Below are positions 1 to 8,069 of a DNA stretch of 40,068 bases, one piece after another. The DNA lies in assembly GCA_017609945.1 (NCBI GenBank), contig JAFCCZ010000001.1, forward strand, positions 1 through 40,068, in the 5' to 3' direction. The notes below the pieces were generated by a model. It worked only from the letters and a program-made list of their open reading frames with translations. It did not search any database and was not told the origin of the DNA. How positions within the stretch are numbered: position 1 is the stretch's first letter; each line of letters begins with the position of its first letter. Origin of the DNA: Candidatus Iainarchaeum sp. (GTDB lineage Archaea; Iainarchaeota; Iainarchaeia; Iainarchaeales; GCA-2688035). Position numbers and translations under genes: made by a program.

Positions 1-1
1 G

Positions 2-274
2 CAGGGGCTTGAGTACATCCTTGAAAACGACCAACGCGAAACCATAAGAATCAGGGTTGCAAACTGGCCAGGGCAACAGAACCTAAAAATCCTCCCAAAA
101 GAGGACAGGGAAAGACTCGGGTGGAAAAGGGCAACATATCCGGGCAATAAAAATATAAATGTGGATTATTTCTTAAGCAACCTCGGAGGGGACTATGAAA
201 AATATCAATATAGGGAATATTATTCAATAAATGTCGGCGGGGCAAAAATCCTCGGGGTGTACAAGCTAACGTAA
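2..274 (+). CDS. C-terminal fragment (90 aa) of a CDS entering from the left edge; hypothetical protein
   Basis: Frame 2 is open from base 2 to TAA at 272-274 (...NVDYFLSNLGGDYEKYQYREYYSINVGGAKILGVYKLT*). It is absent from the ORF track because it has no start in the window. Convergent with the radical SAM gene. No family recognised. Confidence 0.4.
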   Translation, partial: QGLEYILENDQRETIRIRVANWPGQQNLKILPKEDRERLGWKRATYPGNKNINVDYFLSNLGGDYEKYQYREYYSINVGGAKILGVYKLT

Positions 275-284
275 GAGCGCAGAA

Positions 285-1667
285 CTACTTGCGGGCCCAG
301 GCAAGAAACTTCAGCGCAGCCAAGGGAAGGGAAAGCAATTTTCTCACGGACACTGATGACAGCAGGGAGTAAACGGCGTAAGGCCTGAGGTAAAAGCTCA
401 TGTATGCTCGGCTTTTCCACTTTCTAATTTGCTCTGCGGAAAAATTTGGATAGGACACTACCGCAGTGCCCTGCTCCACCTTGCTCCAGTCTTCTGAAAC
501 AAACCACTTGTTTTTGACAGCCTCCCTGTAAAATTCGCTTCCAGGGAAAGGGGTTGCGACATAGAACTGGGCAAAGTTCAGCTTCAACTTCTTGGACAGC
601 TCAATAGTTGCCCTTGCCGTTTCAGGGCTTGAGCCAGGCAGGCCAATTATAAAATGCCCAATTGTTTTAAGGCCCTGGCCCTTTGCGGCAGCAACCGCCC
701 TTGCAGCCTGCCCAACTCTTGTTCCCTTCCCGTTTCTGTCAAGAACGGACTGTGAACCGGACTCAAAGCCAAAGGAAATCATTCTGCATCCGGCCCTGCG
801 CATGCCTTTGGCCAGTTCCACATCAAAGCAGTCAACCCGCGTTGTGCAGAACCACCTGCATTCCCTGTGCAGCCCATCTCTGACAATCTTTTCACAAAGC
901 TCAAGCATTCTTTCTTTGTTGAAGGTGGCCAGCTCATCCCAGAACATGAAAAGCCTTGTGTTCAGCTTTTTGGCGAGCCACTTCATCTGGTTTACCATGT
1001 AATCGGGTGAATGATAACGCAGCTTCCTTCCGGACATTAAGGGCATTACGCAGTAGCTGCAACTGAAGGGGCAGCCCCTGCCGCTCCTTACAAACATCCA
1101 TTTCTCATCGGTCAAGGGGTAAGTATAGGATGGCAAGAGATCGTATGCAGGGAAGGGCAGTGCGTCAAGATTGGGTTCCTGCCATATACCCCCGTTAAAG
1201 CCAGGCATTGCGACCCCCCTCACTTTCGGCTTTCCTGAAAGAATGCTCATCACAGGGGTTTCAGGCTCCCCCAAAACAGCGAAATCAATCTGCGGGAAAT
1301 CCTTCAACACAGCCTTGCTGCAGGCGGTTATGTGCACGCCGTACGCAATAATTTTTGAGCCAGTACTTTCCTTTATCGCTGCCGCGATTTCCAAGTCAGA
1401 GGCAATGGTTGGGGTAGCGGTATTCAAGATTGTGAAATCTGGCTTGAAACTTGAGGCCCTGGCAATGCACCCCTTGTAGGAGAGCCTGCTGCCAATGCAG
1501 TCCAGGAGCAGCACCTTGTGCTTCTCACGCACAGTACCTGCAACGCTTGCCAATGTTGTCGGGGGGAACGTGTCCAGCCAGGTGCTTTCATCACTCTGGC
1601 ACCTGCCGTCCCTGCTGAACCGCAAATTTCCAGCAGGCGGATTCAACACAAGAACCTTTTTGCTCAT
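285..1667 (-). CDS. Radical SAM enzyme with B12-binding-like N-terminal domain (class B type), substrate unknown
   Basis: ORF 285..1715. Start placed at ATG 1667 (MSKKVLVLNPP...), which overlaps the upstream stop as ATGA. Rossmann-like N-terminal half is followed by a CxxxCxxC cluster motif in GRGCPFSCSYCV. Confidence 0.8.
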   Translation of the reverse strand: MSKKVLVLNPPAGNLRFSRDGRCQSDESTWLDTFPPTTLASVAGTVREKHKVLLLDCIGSRLSYKGCIARASSFKPDFTILNTATPTIASDLEIAAAIKESTGSKIIAYGVHITACSKAVLKDFPQIDFAVLGEPETPVMSILSGKPKVRGVAMPGFNGGIWQEPNLDALPFPAYDLLPSYTYPLTDEKWMFVRSGRGCPFSCSYCVMPLMSGRKLRYHSPDYMVNQMKWLAKKLNTRLFMFWDELATFNKERMLELCEKIVRDGLHRECRWFCTTRVDCFDVELAKGMRRAGCRMISFGFESGSQSVLDRNGKGTRVGQAARAVAAAKGQGLKTIGHFIIGLPGSSPETARATIELSKKLKLNFAQFYVATPFPGSEFYREAVKNKWFVSEDWSKVEQGTAVVSYPNFSAEQIRKWKSRAYMSFYLRPYAVYSLLSSVSVRKLLSLPLAALKFLAWARK

Positions 1668-2356
1668 ACCAGATTCCTTAACACAGTCCAGGCATATTTC
1701 CAGCCGTGCTTCCACAGGCTAATGTTTGATTCCCCAAAGCGCCTTTTCAGCTCCCTGCTCGGCACTTCAAGAATTGTGTAGCCTTTCTTAAGAGACTTCA
1801 TAACCATCTCTGTTTCTACCTCAGTGTGCTTTGAGCACAGTTGCAGGGATTTGGCGGCGGGAGCAGTGATTGCCCTGAAACCGTTTTGCGTGTCCATTAT
1901 CTCTGAACCAAAACGCAGGTTTATGATCAACGCTATGCACTGTGAAAAGAACATCCTCAAAAACTTGTCAAGGTCGCCGTGCAGCTCCTCTGATCCGCCA
2001 AGAAACCTGGAGGCAATTACCATCTGGGCATCGCCGGCGGTTATCGGCGCAACAATCTTTGGAATGTCCTCCGGAAGGTGGGAACCGTCAGAGTCAATGA
2101 AAACAATTGTTCCATCGGAAACTTCATCTATTGCGCACCTCAAAGCGTCTCCCTTTCCAACCCCGTTGTCCACAATTAGCTTGACTTTCTTGCCCTGCGC
2201 TATTTCGCGAGAGCCATCGCTTGACTTTTTTGAAAGCACCACAAGGACACTGCTGCAGAAAGGCCTGGCGCGGTCAATAACCTCTGCCAGGGTTTTCTCC
2301 TCGTTAAGAACGGGAATTACAACAGTAATGTTTTGTTTCTGGAAAGCAGGCACCAT
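1664..2356 (-). CDS. Family 2 glycosyltransferase (dolichyl-phosphate sugar synthase-like)
   Basis: 230 aa with ATG at 2356. N-terminal VVIPVLNEEKTLAEVI and FIDSDGSH (DxD-type) motifs are typical of GT-A fold GT2 enzymes. 4-nt overlap with the downstream radical SAM gene. Confidence 0.8.
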   Translation of the reverse strand: MVPAFQKQNITVVIPVLNEEKTLAEVIDRARPFCSSVLVVLSKKSSDGSREIAQGKKVKLIVDNGVGKGDALRCAIDEVSDGTIVFIDSDGSHLPEDIPKIVAPITAGDAQMVIASRFLGGSEELHGDLDKFLRMFFSQCIALIINLRFGSEIMDTQNGFRAITAPAAKSLQLCSKHTEVETEMVMKSLKKGYTILEVPSRELKRRFGESNISLWKHGWKYAWTVLRNLV

Positions 2357-2426
2357 ATATTTTTATTCGCCGGAAACCCTTATTAGTGTTTTGCATTCTC
2401 ATGGGAAAATGGAAAAAAGGAAGAGG

Positions 2427-3761
2427 TTAACTGACTTCAACGGCGCCGATTTCAGAGAGTTGGCCCCTTACAATTGAGTAGGTTACGCTGACCTGGGCTT
2501 TGTCTCCAACAGAGTGCGATTTTACAAAGCCCGAATCAACAAGCCCTGAATCTATCTCAAATGACCCAAACTCTGTTTCAACTTCCGCAAGGGAAATCTT
2601 TCCAGGTTGCACGCTTGAAAACTCGTCAAAGCCGTTTGCCGCAAGCAGTTCCTCAATTTCAGCAAGCGGGGCTGATTCGCCGCTGACAAGCTCAAGCTCA
2701 AGGTAAGCGTGGCCAATTGATTCGCGGAGGGTGATTTCACCCAGCCCAAGCTCTTCAAGCTTTGCCTCAAGGGAATCCCTCACAGGCTGCAGGCCTGTTC
2801 CCTGCTCAAAGAAAAGCGAGGCGTTAAAGTTGGAGAGGTTGTAGAAAATTACGTCGTCACTGAGGCTGTGAAGGAAAGCGTTGAGGTCTGAAGCTGTTTC
2901 TTCCGAAATGTTTCCGTCGGCGGAGAGTGAGAGTTTTGCATCAAGGAAGGGTTCTGTAAGGTTTAGGTCCGAAACCTGCGCAAGAGAAGCAATGCCCTGC
3001 TCAACTGCCTCAAGCCCTGCAAGCCCGGAGTAATCGGTTTTAATGTCAACAAGCATTATTGTGTCAAGCGAGGCAACCTCCGCCTCCAGCGTTGACTCAC
3101 CAAAGCTTGGCGCGGCGGCAAGGTTCTCCACTTCAAACGCTACAACATCTATCGCATCAAGCCCGATAAATGTTGCAGAAATGCTGACCAAAATCTGGTC
3201 CTCCCTGATTGTTTCAAACGAAACCAGCGCCTCTGTTTCGTTTCTCTTCAGCGACTGAAACTTTGAAACATTCAAATCAGGGTTTGTGAACTCAATTTCC
3301 TCTGGAATGGAAACTAGGGCAGATGCAAACCCGTCAACCGCCTCCAGCGACTCTATCTGCTGCACCTGTGAAAAAACCTGCTCGGCATCGGCATCACCTG
3401 AAAGCTGGACGTCTGCAATGTAAATAAGGCCTGTCCCAAACTCAGTCTCATCTGACATACTGTAACGACTTACAACGCGCTTTACCCCCTGGATTGCGTA
3501 AATGCTTGAGTCAATGCTGGAAATGTCATTTGTTTCCTTTGCTGCCGCGCCAACCCTTAGCTTTGGAAGAAGCAGAACTACCCGCGCCTCCACATTCTCT
3601 GCCTGCATTGAAATCTGCGTTGGGTTAATGTCAGGAAGCTGGTCTGTGGGCTCCTTGTCAATTGGCGGTGGGGTGTAAAGGAAACCGGAGGCAATAATGC
3701 TGACTACAAAGAAAACGGAAATAAATAGCGCGCCAAACTTTAGCTTGTCCATTGAAACCAT
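2427..3761 (-). CDS. Membrane-anchored, highly acidic extracellular protein, unknown function
   Basis: 444-aa ORF. One N-terminal TM helix (FGALFISVFFVVSIIASGFLY), then a D/E/S/L-rich body with no Cys. No family recognised. Confidence 0.6.
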   Translation of the reverse strand: MVSMDKLKFGALFISVFFVVSIIASGFLYTPPPIDKEPTDQLPDINPTQISMQAENVEARVVLLLPKLRVGAAAKETNDISSIDSSIYAIQGVKRVVSRYSMSDETEFGTGLIYIADVQLSGDADAEQVFSQVQQIESLEAVDGFASALVSIPEEIEFTNPDLNVSKFQSLKRNETEALVSFETIREDQILVSISATFIGLDAIDVVAFEVENLAAAPSFGESTLEAEVASLDTIMLVDIKTDYSGLAGLEAVEQGIASLAQVSDLNLTEPFLDAKLSLSADGNISEETASDLNAFLHSLSDDVIFYNLSNFNASLFFEQGTGLQPVRDSLEAKLEELGLGEITLRESIGHAYLELELVSGESAPLAEIEELLAANGFDEFSSVQPGKISLAEVETEFGSFEIDSGLVDSGFVKSHSVGDKAQVSVTYSIVRGQLSEIGAVEVS

Positions 3762-3815
3762 CCAAAATTGCGTTGAATAACTGTTTTAAGGATTAGTAGT
3801 AAGTAAGGTTTTAAA

Positions 3816-5111
3816 CTAATTGTCTTTTCCAAGCCCTGCGATTGCCAGAACCCCAAAAGCCACAAGAATTACGACCAGGGGACTAACTTCAGGAATGCTT
3901 ACGGGCTCTGCCACCGGAACAACCGAAAAGATTGCACTCATCTCGCAAATTCCACAGGGCGGATCAATAGAAGCAACAACCTTAAAATTGCCCTCCAGGC
4001 CAGCGGTGTCAAATGAAAGATTGTGCGTTGTACGTGGAATTGCACCAAACAAAACATCTGCAACAAACACGTTTGTTAGGACATCACGAATCTCAACAGC
4101 TTTCGGAACACGTTCCTTAGAAATCACCAACTCAATGTTTACAGTGTCACCAGAATAAACAGGCGAATCAGCAGTCAGGGAAACAATTGAAGCAAGTGGG
4201 CCGGATGAGGACACACACATGTTTGAAATACAACTCTCACTAGGCAAGCAGGTTCCACACGAGGCAACGCAGCCGGACGGGGAAGGGCCACACTCTCTTG
4301 CACCGCAGTCATTTGGGATTGGCGGATGGTCACAAACCCCCACAACACAAATATCCAGCGTGCAAACGTCTCCGTCATCAGAGCAAGATGTTGGCGGTAA
4401 ATCGGGAACAGGAGTGGAATAATCGCACACCGAAGAAGGAAGCCCTGGATCAATACAAATGTTATGCGTACAAGGGTCAAAATCGTTGCACTCTGAATCA
4501 TCGTTACATGTAATTGCACAAGGAAGGCCGCAATTCAAAGTGCCTCCACAACCGTCAGGCCAATCGCCACAAGTCTTTCCAAGGGAAACGCAGGTTTCCG
4601 GAACACAAACGCAAGAATCGTCACCGCCCCCCACACAATACCCTTTGCCTTCCAACCCATTGCAGTAATGCCTTCCAATCTCTTCAATCGGTAAAGCGTG
4701 GTCCCAAATCGCAACCTCGTCAATCAAACCATCAAAATAATGCCCCCCTAAGTCATATTCGTCCCCATAACCAATTGATACGTCTTCTGCCCCTGGAAGA
4801 TCGCGGGTCTCAGTACGAGACTTCAGCAACACTCCATTTGCAAAAATGCTCCATTCATCCCCTTCTCTCGTAAGCGTAACAAACGTCCACTCTCCTGCTT
4901 CCGTGCTTGTACAGCCAGGGTCGCTATCACATTCCTGCACAAAAGTATTGAATGGGTCGTCGTTATCCTGATCAAACGTCCACCCCGTATCATGGTCAAA
5001 GTAGAGCAGCGTCCACCCAGAATCAGAAAATTGCACTAAAGTTTTATCCTCAGAAACATCATTCAATTTGCCCAACCAGTAATGGAAAAATCCTCGTCTG
5101 TAAACGCCCAA
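3816..5111 (-). CDS. Downstream fragment of a frameshift-split adhesin-like gene: C-terminal two thirds of a LamG domain, Cys-rich modules, Ig-like region, C-terminal TM anchor
   Basis: ORF track 431 aa, with only TTG starts available. LamG_3-like core (...EWTFVTLTREGDEWSIFANGVLLKSR...FDGLIDEVAIWDHALPIEEI). Cys-rich stretch follows (CNDDSECNDFDPCTHNICID, DDGDVCTLDICVVGVCD). C-terminus is VPVAEPVSIPEVSP + hydrophobic helix + GKDN. The reading frame continues the upstream ORF after a 1-nt shift at 5063-5072. Confidence 0.7.
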   Translation of the reverse strand: MGVYRRGFFHYWLGKLNDVSEDKTLVQFSDSGWTLLYFDHDTGWTFDQDNDDPFNTFVQECDSDPGCTSTEAGEWTFVTLTREGDEWSIFANGVLLKSRTETRDLPGAEDVSIGYGDEYDLGGHYFDGLIDEVAIWDHALPIEEIGRHYCNGLEGKGYCVGGGDDSCVCVPETCVSLGKTCGDWPDGCGGTLNCGLPCAITCNDDSECNDFDPCTHNICIDPGLPSSVCDYSTPVPDLPPTSCSDDGDVCTLDICVVGVCDHPPIPNDCGARECGPSPSGCVASCGTCLPSESCISNMCVSSSGPLASIVSLTADSPVYSGDTVNIELVISKERVPKAVEIRDVLTNVFVADVLFGAIPRTTHNLSFDTAGLEGNFKVVASIDPPCGICEMSAIFSVVPVAEPVSIPEVSPLVVILVAFGVLAIAGLGKDN

Positions 5112-7096
5112 TCACTACTTGTTACAGTTACGCTGTTCTCTGCACTGCCACTGAAACTAAATGCCTTCCCAACCTGTCCAACCTGGTCCAATGTCGCACC
5201 ATTTATCGTTGCGTCATGACTATTCCCAGAGGAATCGGTAGCCGTGCCTCCCACCCCCTCTTCAAACTTCCAATAGCTAAGCAGCCCGTAGGCCGGGTCA
5301 GGAATCAATCCACAGTAAGCCGAATTTGGGCTACCGAGGACGCATTGGATTGTACCGCAGAGATTTGAACCAGAGCAATCCTCCACAAGCTCTTCCACAT
5401 CAGTAGTGGTTTCATAACACGAACCAGAAGGTACCTGGCAGCCCCTTGCAGTATCTGTTCGCTTCCTGTAAACGTCACCGCTCTTACAATAATTGTCACC
5501 CCACGTGCCCTGCTCTGCCACACCGCAATCAGTTGCAACCTTGTGAAGCTCCAGTCCAACAGCCTGGCAAGCCCAACTGTCGGTACCCTCCCCCCCGGCA
5601 GCCGGGACACAGCCGGTCTCTCCCAGGGAGCACTGGCACTTGCTTGGCGCGACGGCACACTGTTCGGTTGGCTCAAACGGGCAAAATCCAGCATTGGTCC
5701 TTGTTTGATACATTTGGCCTGCTGCACAGCCCCCTTGCTCGCATCCCGCATCAACCCAGGCCCCTGGAGTACAGCCAAGGCAGCTTCCCCCAAAACAGAG
5801 CAAGCCGAAACCACACGGGACAGTAGCCAAGTCCAAACAAGGGTCTGCATCAAAATAGCCACACTGAATCACAGAAGTGGAAGGAAAGCCAGGGGAACAG
5901 ACATCGGGGTCACCGGCAGAACAATCATCCGTACAAGGAATACAACTCGGATCGTTTACGCAGTGCGGCACAGAAGCCGAACACTTTTGCTCAGCAGAAC
6001 AATTCTGAATTGTGCTTTGGGTAACCCACCCACTCCAACCGCCTGTGCAATTGGCATTGCCCCCAGTGCAGGTGCGTGTTTTCCTTTGAGATACCCAATC
6101 ATTCCCACACGCGCCCCCGGCACAAACATTCTGGTTTTGGGTGTCACAAACCGTTCCCGCTGACCTGAAATTGCAACCGTCACAGCACACCCCACTTGTA
6201 CACTGGCAAACTACGCAAGGGTCAGAAGTGTCAATAACCGGCGGGGCCGGACAGGTCTGAGTGTTAGAACAAAGGGCGTCTCCCATTGAATCACTAGCAT
6301 AAGAACAGATGCGGGGCAGGGCCTGAGAATTAAAAACCTTCCAACAAGCCTTACCAGTACTAGCGCACTCGGCATTGCCACTGGAAAAATGACCAGACCA
6401 ACTCACCGGGGAACCAACAACAGACGAAGAACATACGGCATTGCCAATCGCATAACTACGATTATTACAAAGAATCGGCATACCCTGAGAAGTAAAAGCC
6501 TCTATGCAACACCTTCCAATCTTAGTGCAGGCATGGTCACCAGAAGAAAAAATACCAGACCAAGAAGTGGGAGAACCGGAAGAAGCCAAAGAACACAAAG
6601 CGTTTCCAATCGCATAACTACGATTATTACAAAGAATCGACAAACCCTGAGAAGTAAAAGCCTTCAAGCAACACCTTCCAATCTTGGTGCAGGCATGGTC
6701 ACCAGAAGAAAAAATACCAGACCAAGAAGTGGGAGAACCTTCAGCATTCAAAGAACACAAAGCAGTTCCAATCGCATAACTACGATTATTACAAGCAAGG
6801 GCCTCTCCCTGAGCCCTATACGCCCTTATACAATTCCTTCCAATCTTGGTGCAGGCATGGTCACCGGAAGAATACAAACCAGACCAGATAGTGGGGGACC
6901 CAGCTACACTGTCTGAACAGGTGGCACTGCCACTGGCAGTCCTGGCTGAACAGTTGCTTAGGCAGTCCCTGCCAACCTTGGCGCACTCGGCACCGCCTGT
7001 GGAATAAAAACCAGCCCAATTCACAGTGTACGCAAACGCCCCGGTGGCAAGAATTAATAGTGCGAAAGCCAGTAGAAAAACTTTTTTGAAATTCAT
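5063..7096 (-). CDS. Upstream fragment of the same split gene: signal peptide, five ~54-aa Cys-containing tandem repeats, disintegrin-like Cys-rich region, first strands of the LamG domain
   Basis: ORF 5063..7105, with ATG at 7096 giving MNFKKVFLLAFALLILATGAFA (signal peptide). Repeats are of the form SPTSWSGIFSSGDHACTKIGRCC...NNRSYAIGNALCS. Also contains GVCCDGCNFRSAGTVC. It ends ...GKAFSFSGSAENSVTVTSSDWAFTDEDFSITGWAN*, which is the start of a LamG_3 fold. Confidence 0.75.
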   Translation of the reverse strand: MNFKKVFLLAFALLILATGAFAYTVNWAGFYSTGGAECAKVGRDCLSNCSARTASGSATCSDSVAGSPTIWSGLYSSGDHACTKIGRNCIRAYRAQGEALACNNRSYAIGTALCSLNAEGSPTSWSGIFSSGDHACTKIGRCCLKAFTSQGLSILCNNRSYAIGNALCSLASSGSPTSWSGIFSSGDHACTKIGRCCIEAFTSQGMPILCNNRSYAIGNAVCSSSVVGSPVSWSGHFSSGNAECASTGKACWKVFNSQALPRICSYASDSMGDALCSNTQTCPAPPVIDTSDPCVVCQCTSGVCCDGCNFRSAGTVCDTQNQNVCAGGACGNDWVSQRKTRTCTGGNANCTGGWSGWVTQSTIQNCSAEQKCSASVPHCVNDPSCIPCTDDCSAGDPDVCSPGFPSTSVIQCGYFDADPCLDLATVPCGFGLLCFGGSCLGCTPGAWVDAGCEQGGCAAGQMYQTRTNAGFCPFEPTEQCAVAPSKCQCSLGETGCVPAAGGEGTDSWACQAVGLELHKVATDCGVAEQGTWGDNYCKSGDVYRKRTDTARGCQVPSGSCYETTTDVEELVEDCSGSNLCGTIQCVLGSPNSAYCGLIPDPAYGLLSYWKFEEGVGGTATDSSGNSHDATINGATLDQVGQVGKAFSFSGSAENSVTVTSSDWAFTDEDFSITGWAN
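6257..7030 (-). repeat. Five in-frame tandem coding repeats (one 44-aa, three 54-aa = 162 bp, one 52-aa)
   Basis: The central copies are near-identical at DNA level. For example ggcatggtcaccagaagaaaaaataccagaccaagaagtgggagaacc occurs at about 6531 and 6693 (period 162 bp), and a third more diverged copy follows at about 6855. Confidence 0.85.
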
Positions 7097-7258
7097 GTAA
7101 ATCAACGGTGTGCAAAAATTACGCTTTTGTTGATTATAATTGTTCTGGTGGGTGGTTTTTGGCCGGTTTCGGGGGCAATGACTTGGTTTAAATAACTTTG
7201 CCTGCAGAAAATAGTTAATTGGAAATTCTCATTTTTTGAATTTTTTTGGTGGTTTTAT

Positions 7259-7984
7259 TTGAAAGAGGGAAGCATTGTTGCGGTCAATTACACAGGAAGG
7301 ATTGTGGCAAGCAACGAGGTTTTTGACACAACCGTTGAAAAGAAGGCGGTTGACGCAGGCGTCTTCAGCCCAAAGGCAAGGTATGTCCCGGTAATCGCGA
7401 TTATTGGTGAGGGCGAGCTGCTGAAGGGGCTTGATAGCGCGCTGAAGGAAATAAAGGTTGGAGAGGAGGGGAAAACTGTTAAGCTTTCTCCGGCCGACGC
7501 CTACGGGGAAAGAAACTCAAAGCTTATTGCTGTTATTCCGCTGCGCGAGTTCAAAAAGCAGAAGATGCAACCAGTCCCAGGCCTTATTGTTGAAATTGAC
7601 GGAAGACAGGGAAGGGTGCAGAGCGTAAGCGGTGGAAGAGTAAGGGTTGATTTTAACCACCCGCTTGCTGGAAAGGAGCTGGAGTACGAGGTAAAGATTG
7701 AGAGAGAGGTAAAGGGCGCAAAGGAACAGGTTAACGCGCTCTTTGAAAAGTACTTTGGAGTGATTCCAAAAAAGGGAAGAAGCATTAAGGTGAAAGAGAA
7801 GACAGTTGAGATAGGGCTTGACGCAAAGTACACTGCCGCGCTTGCCCCAATAAAAAAAAGGTTTTCAGACCTTGTCACAAAACACGTTAAGGGAATTGAC
7901 AAGGTAAGGTTTGTGGAGGAATTTGAGAAGGAACAGGGCAAAAGTGAGAAAAAAGAGACCGCAAAAGAAGAGAAAGAAACCTAG
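7259..7984 (+). CDS. FKBP-type peptidyl-prolyl cis-trans isomerase (long archaeal SlyD-like type with IF insert and C-terminal domain)
   Basis: TTG start at 7259 preceded by GGTGG 5 nt upstream. Motifs: VNYTGR...EVFDTT, GERNSKLIAVIPLREF, GRVRVDFNHPLAGKELEYEVKI. K/E-rich tail. Confidence 0.8.
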   Translation: MKEGSIVAVNYTGRIVASNEVFDTTVEKKAVDAGVFSPKARYVPVIAIIGEGELLKGLDSALKEIKVGEEGKTVKLSPADAYGERNSKLIAVIPLREFKKQKMQPVPGLIVEIDGRQGRVQSVSGGRVRVDFNHPLAGKELEYEVKIEREVKGAKEQVNALFEKYFGVIPKKGRSIKVKEKTVEIGLDAKYTAALAPIKKRFSDLVTKHVKGIDKVRFVEEFEKEQGKSEKKETAKEEKET

Positions 7985-8005
7985 GGAAAAGCGGGAAACA
8001 ATCTT

Positions 8006-8014
8006 TTTTAAATA
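8006..8014 (+). promoter_or_regulatory. TATA-box-like element (TTTTAAATA) upstream of psmB
   Basis: AT-rich octamer-like box sits in the only non-coding stretch between FKBP and the proteasome active-site region. It is about 55-65 nt upstream of the candidate GTG/TTG starts. Confidence 0.3.
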
Positions 8015-8069
8015 TTTGCCTTTAGAAAGTAAATCAGAGGCTCAGCTGATTGTAAATCAGGTTTTTTGG

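Noticed and set aside
1824-2477. 217-aa plus-strand ORF
   Set aside because: It is entirely antisense to the well-supported GT2 gene. Its composition is low-complexity and Ser/Pro/Cys-skewed, and it has no motif.
5061-5075. Programmed -1 ribosomal frameshift joining the two LamG ORFs
   Set aside because: No X-XXY-YYZ slippery heptamer is present in the zero frame (sequence is T-TGG-GCA-AAT-TGA), and I saw no obvious downstream pseudoknot or hairpin. A 1-nt indel in the AAA run is the simpler explanation.
5305-6195. 185-aa and 79-aa minus-strand and 126/206-aa plus-strand ORFs
   Set aside because: They are alternative frames within the Cys-rich region of the adhesin gene, where locally high G+C keeps several frames open. 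Only the annotated frame gives the repeated Cys-spacing patterns.
6389-6916. Regularly spaced 162-bp repeats and a 175-aa plus-strand ORF; considered a CRISPR-like array or separate gene
   Set aside because: The repeats are contiguous with no unique spacers. They are far longer than CRISPR repeats and lie in-frame in the minus-strand adhesin gene, encoding a coherent Cys-containing 54-aa module. The plus-strand ORF is the antisense artefact (RRKNTRPRSGRT repeats).
7911-8069. Long N-terminal extension of psmB (MWRNLRRNRAKVRKKRPQKKRKK...)
   Set aside because: It is an alternative-frame reading of the FKBP K/E-rich tail plus the promoter-like spacer. Proteasome beta propeptides are short, and a TATA-like box lies inside this stretch.
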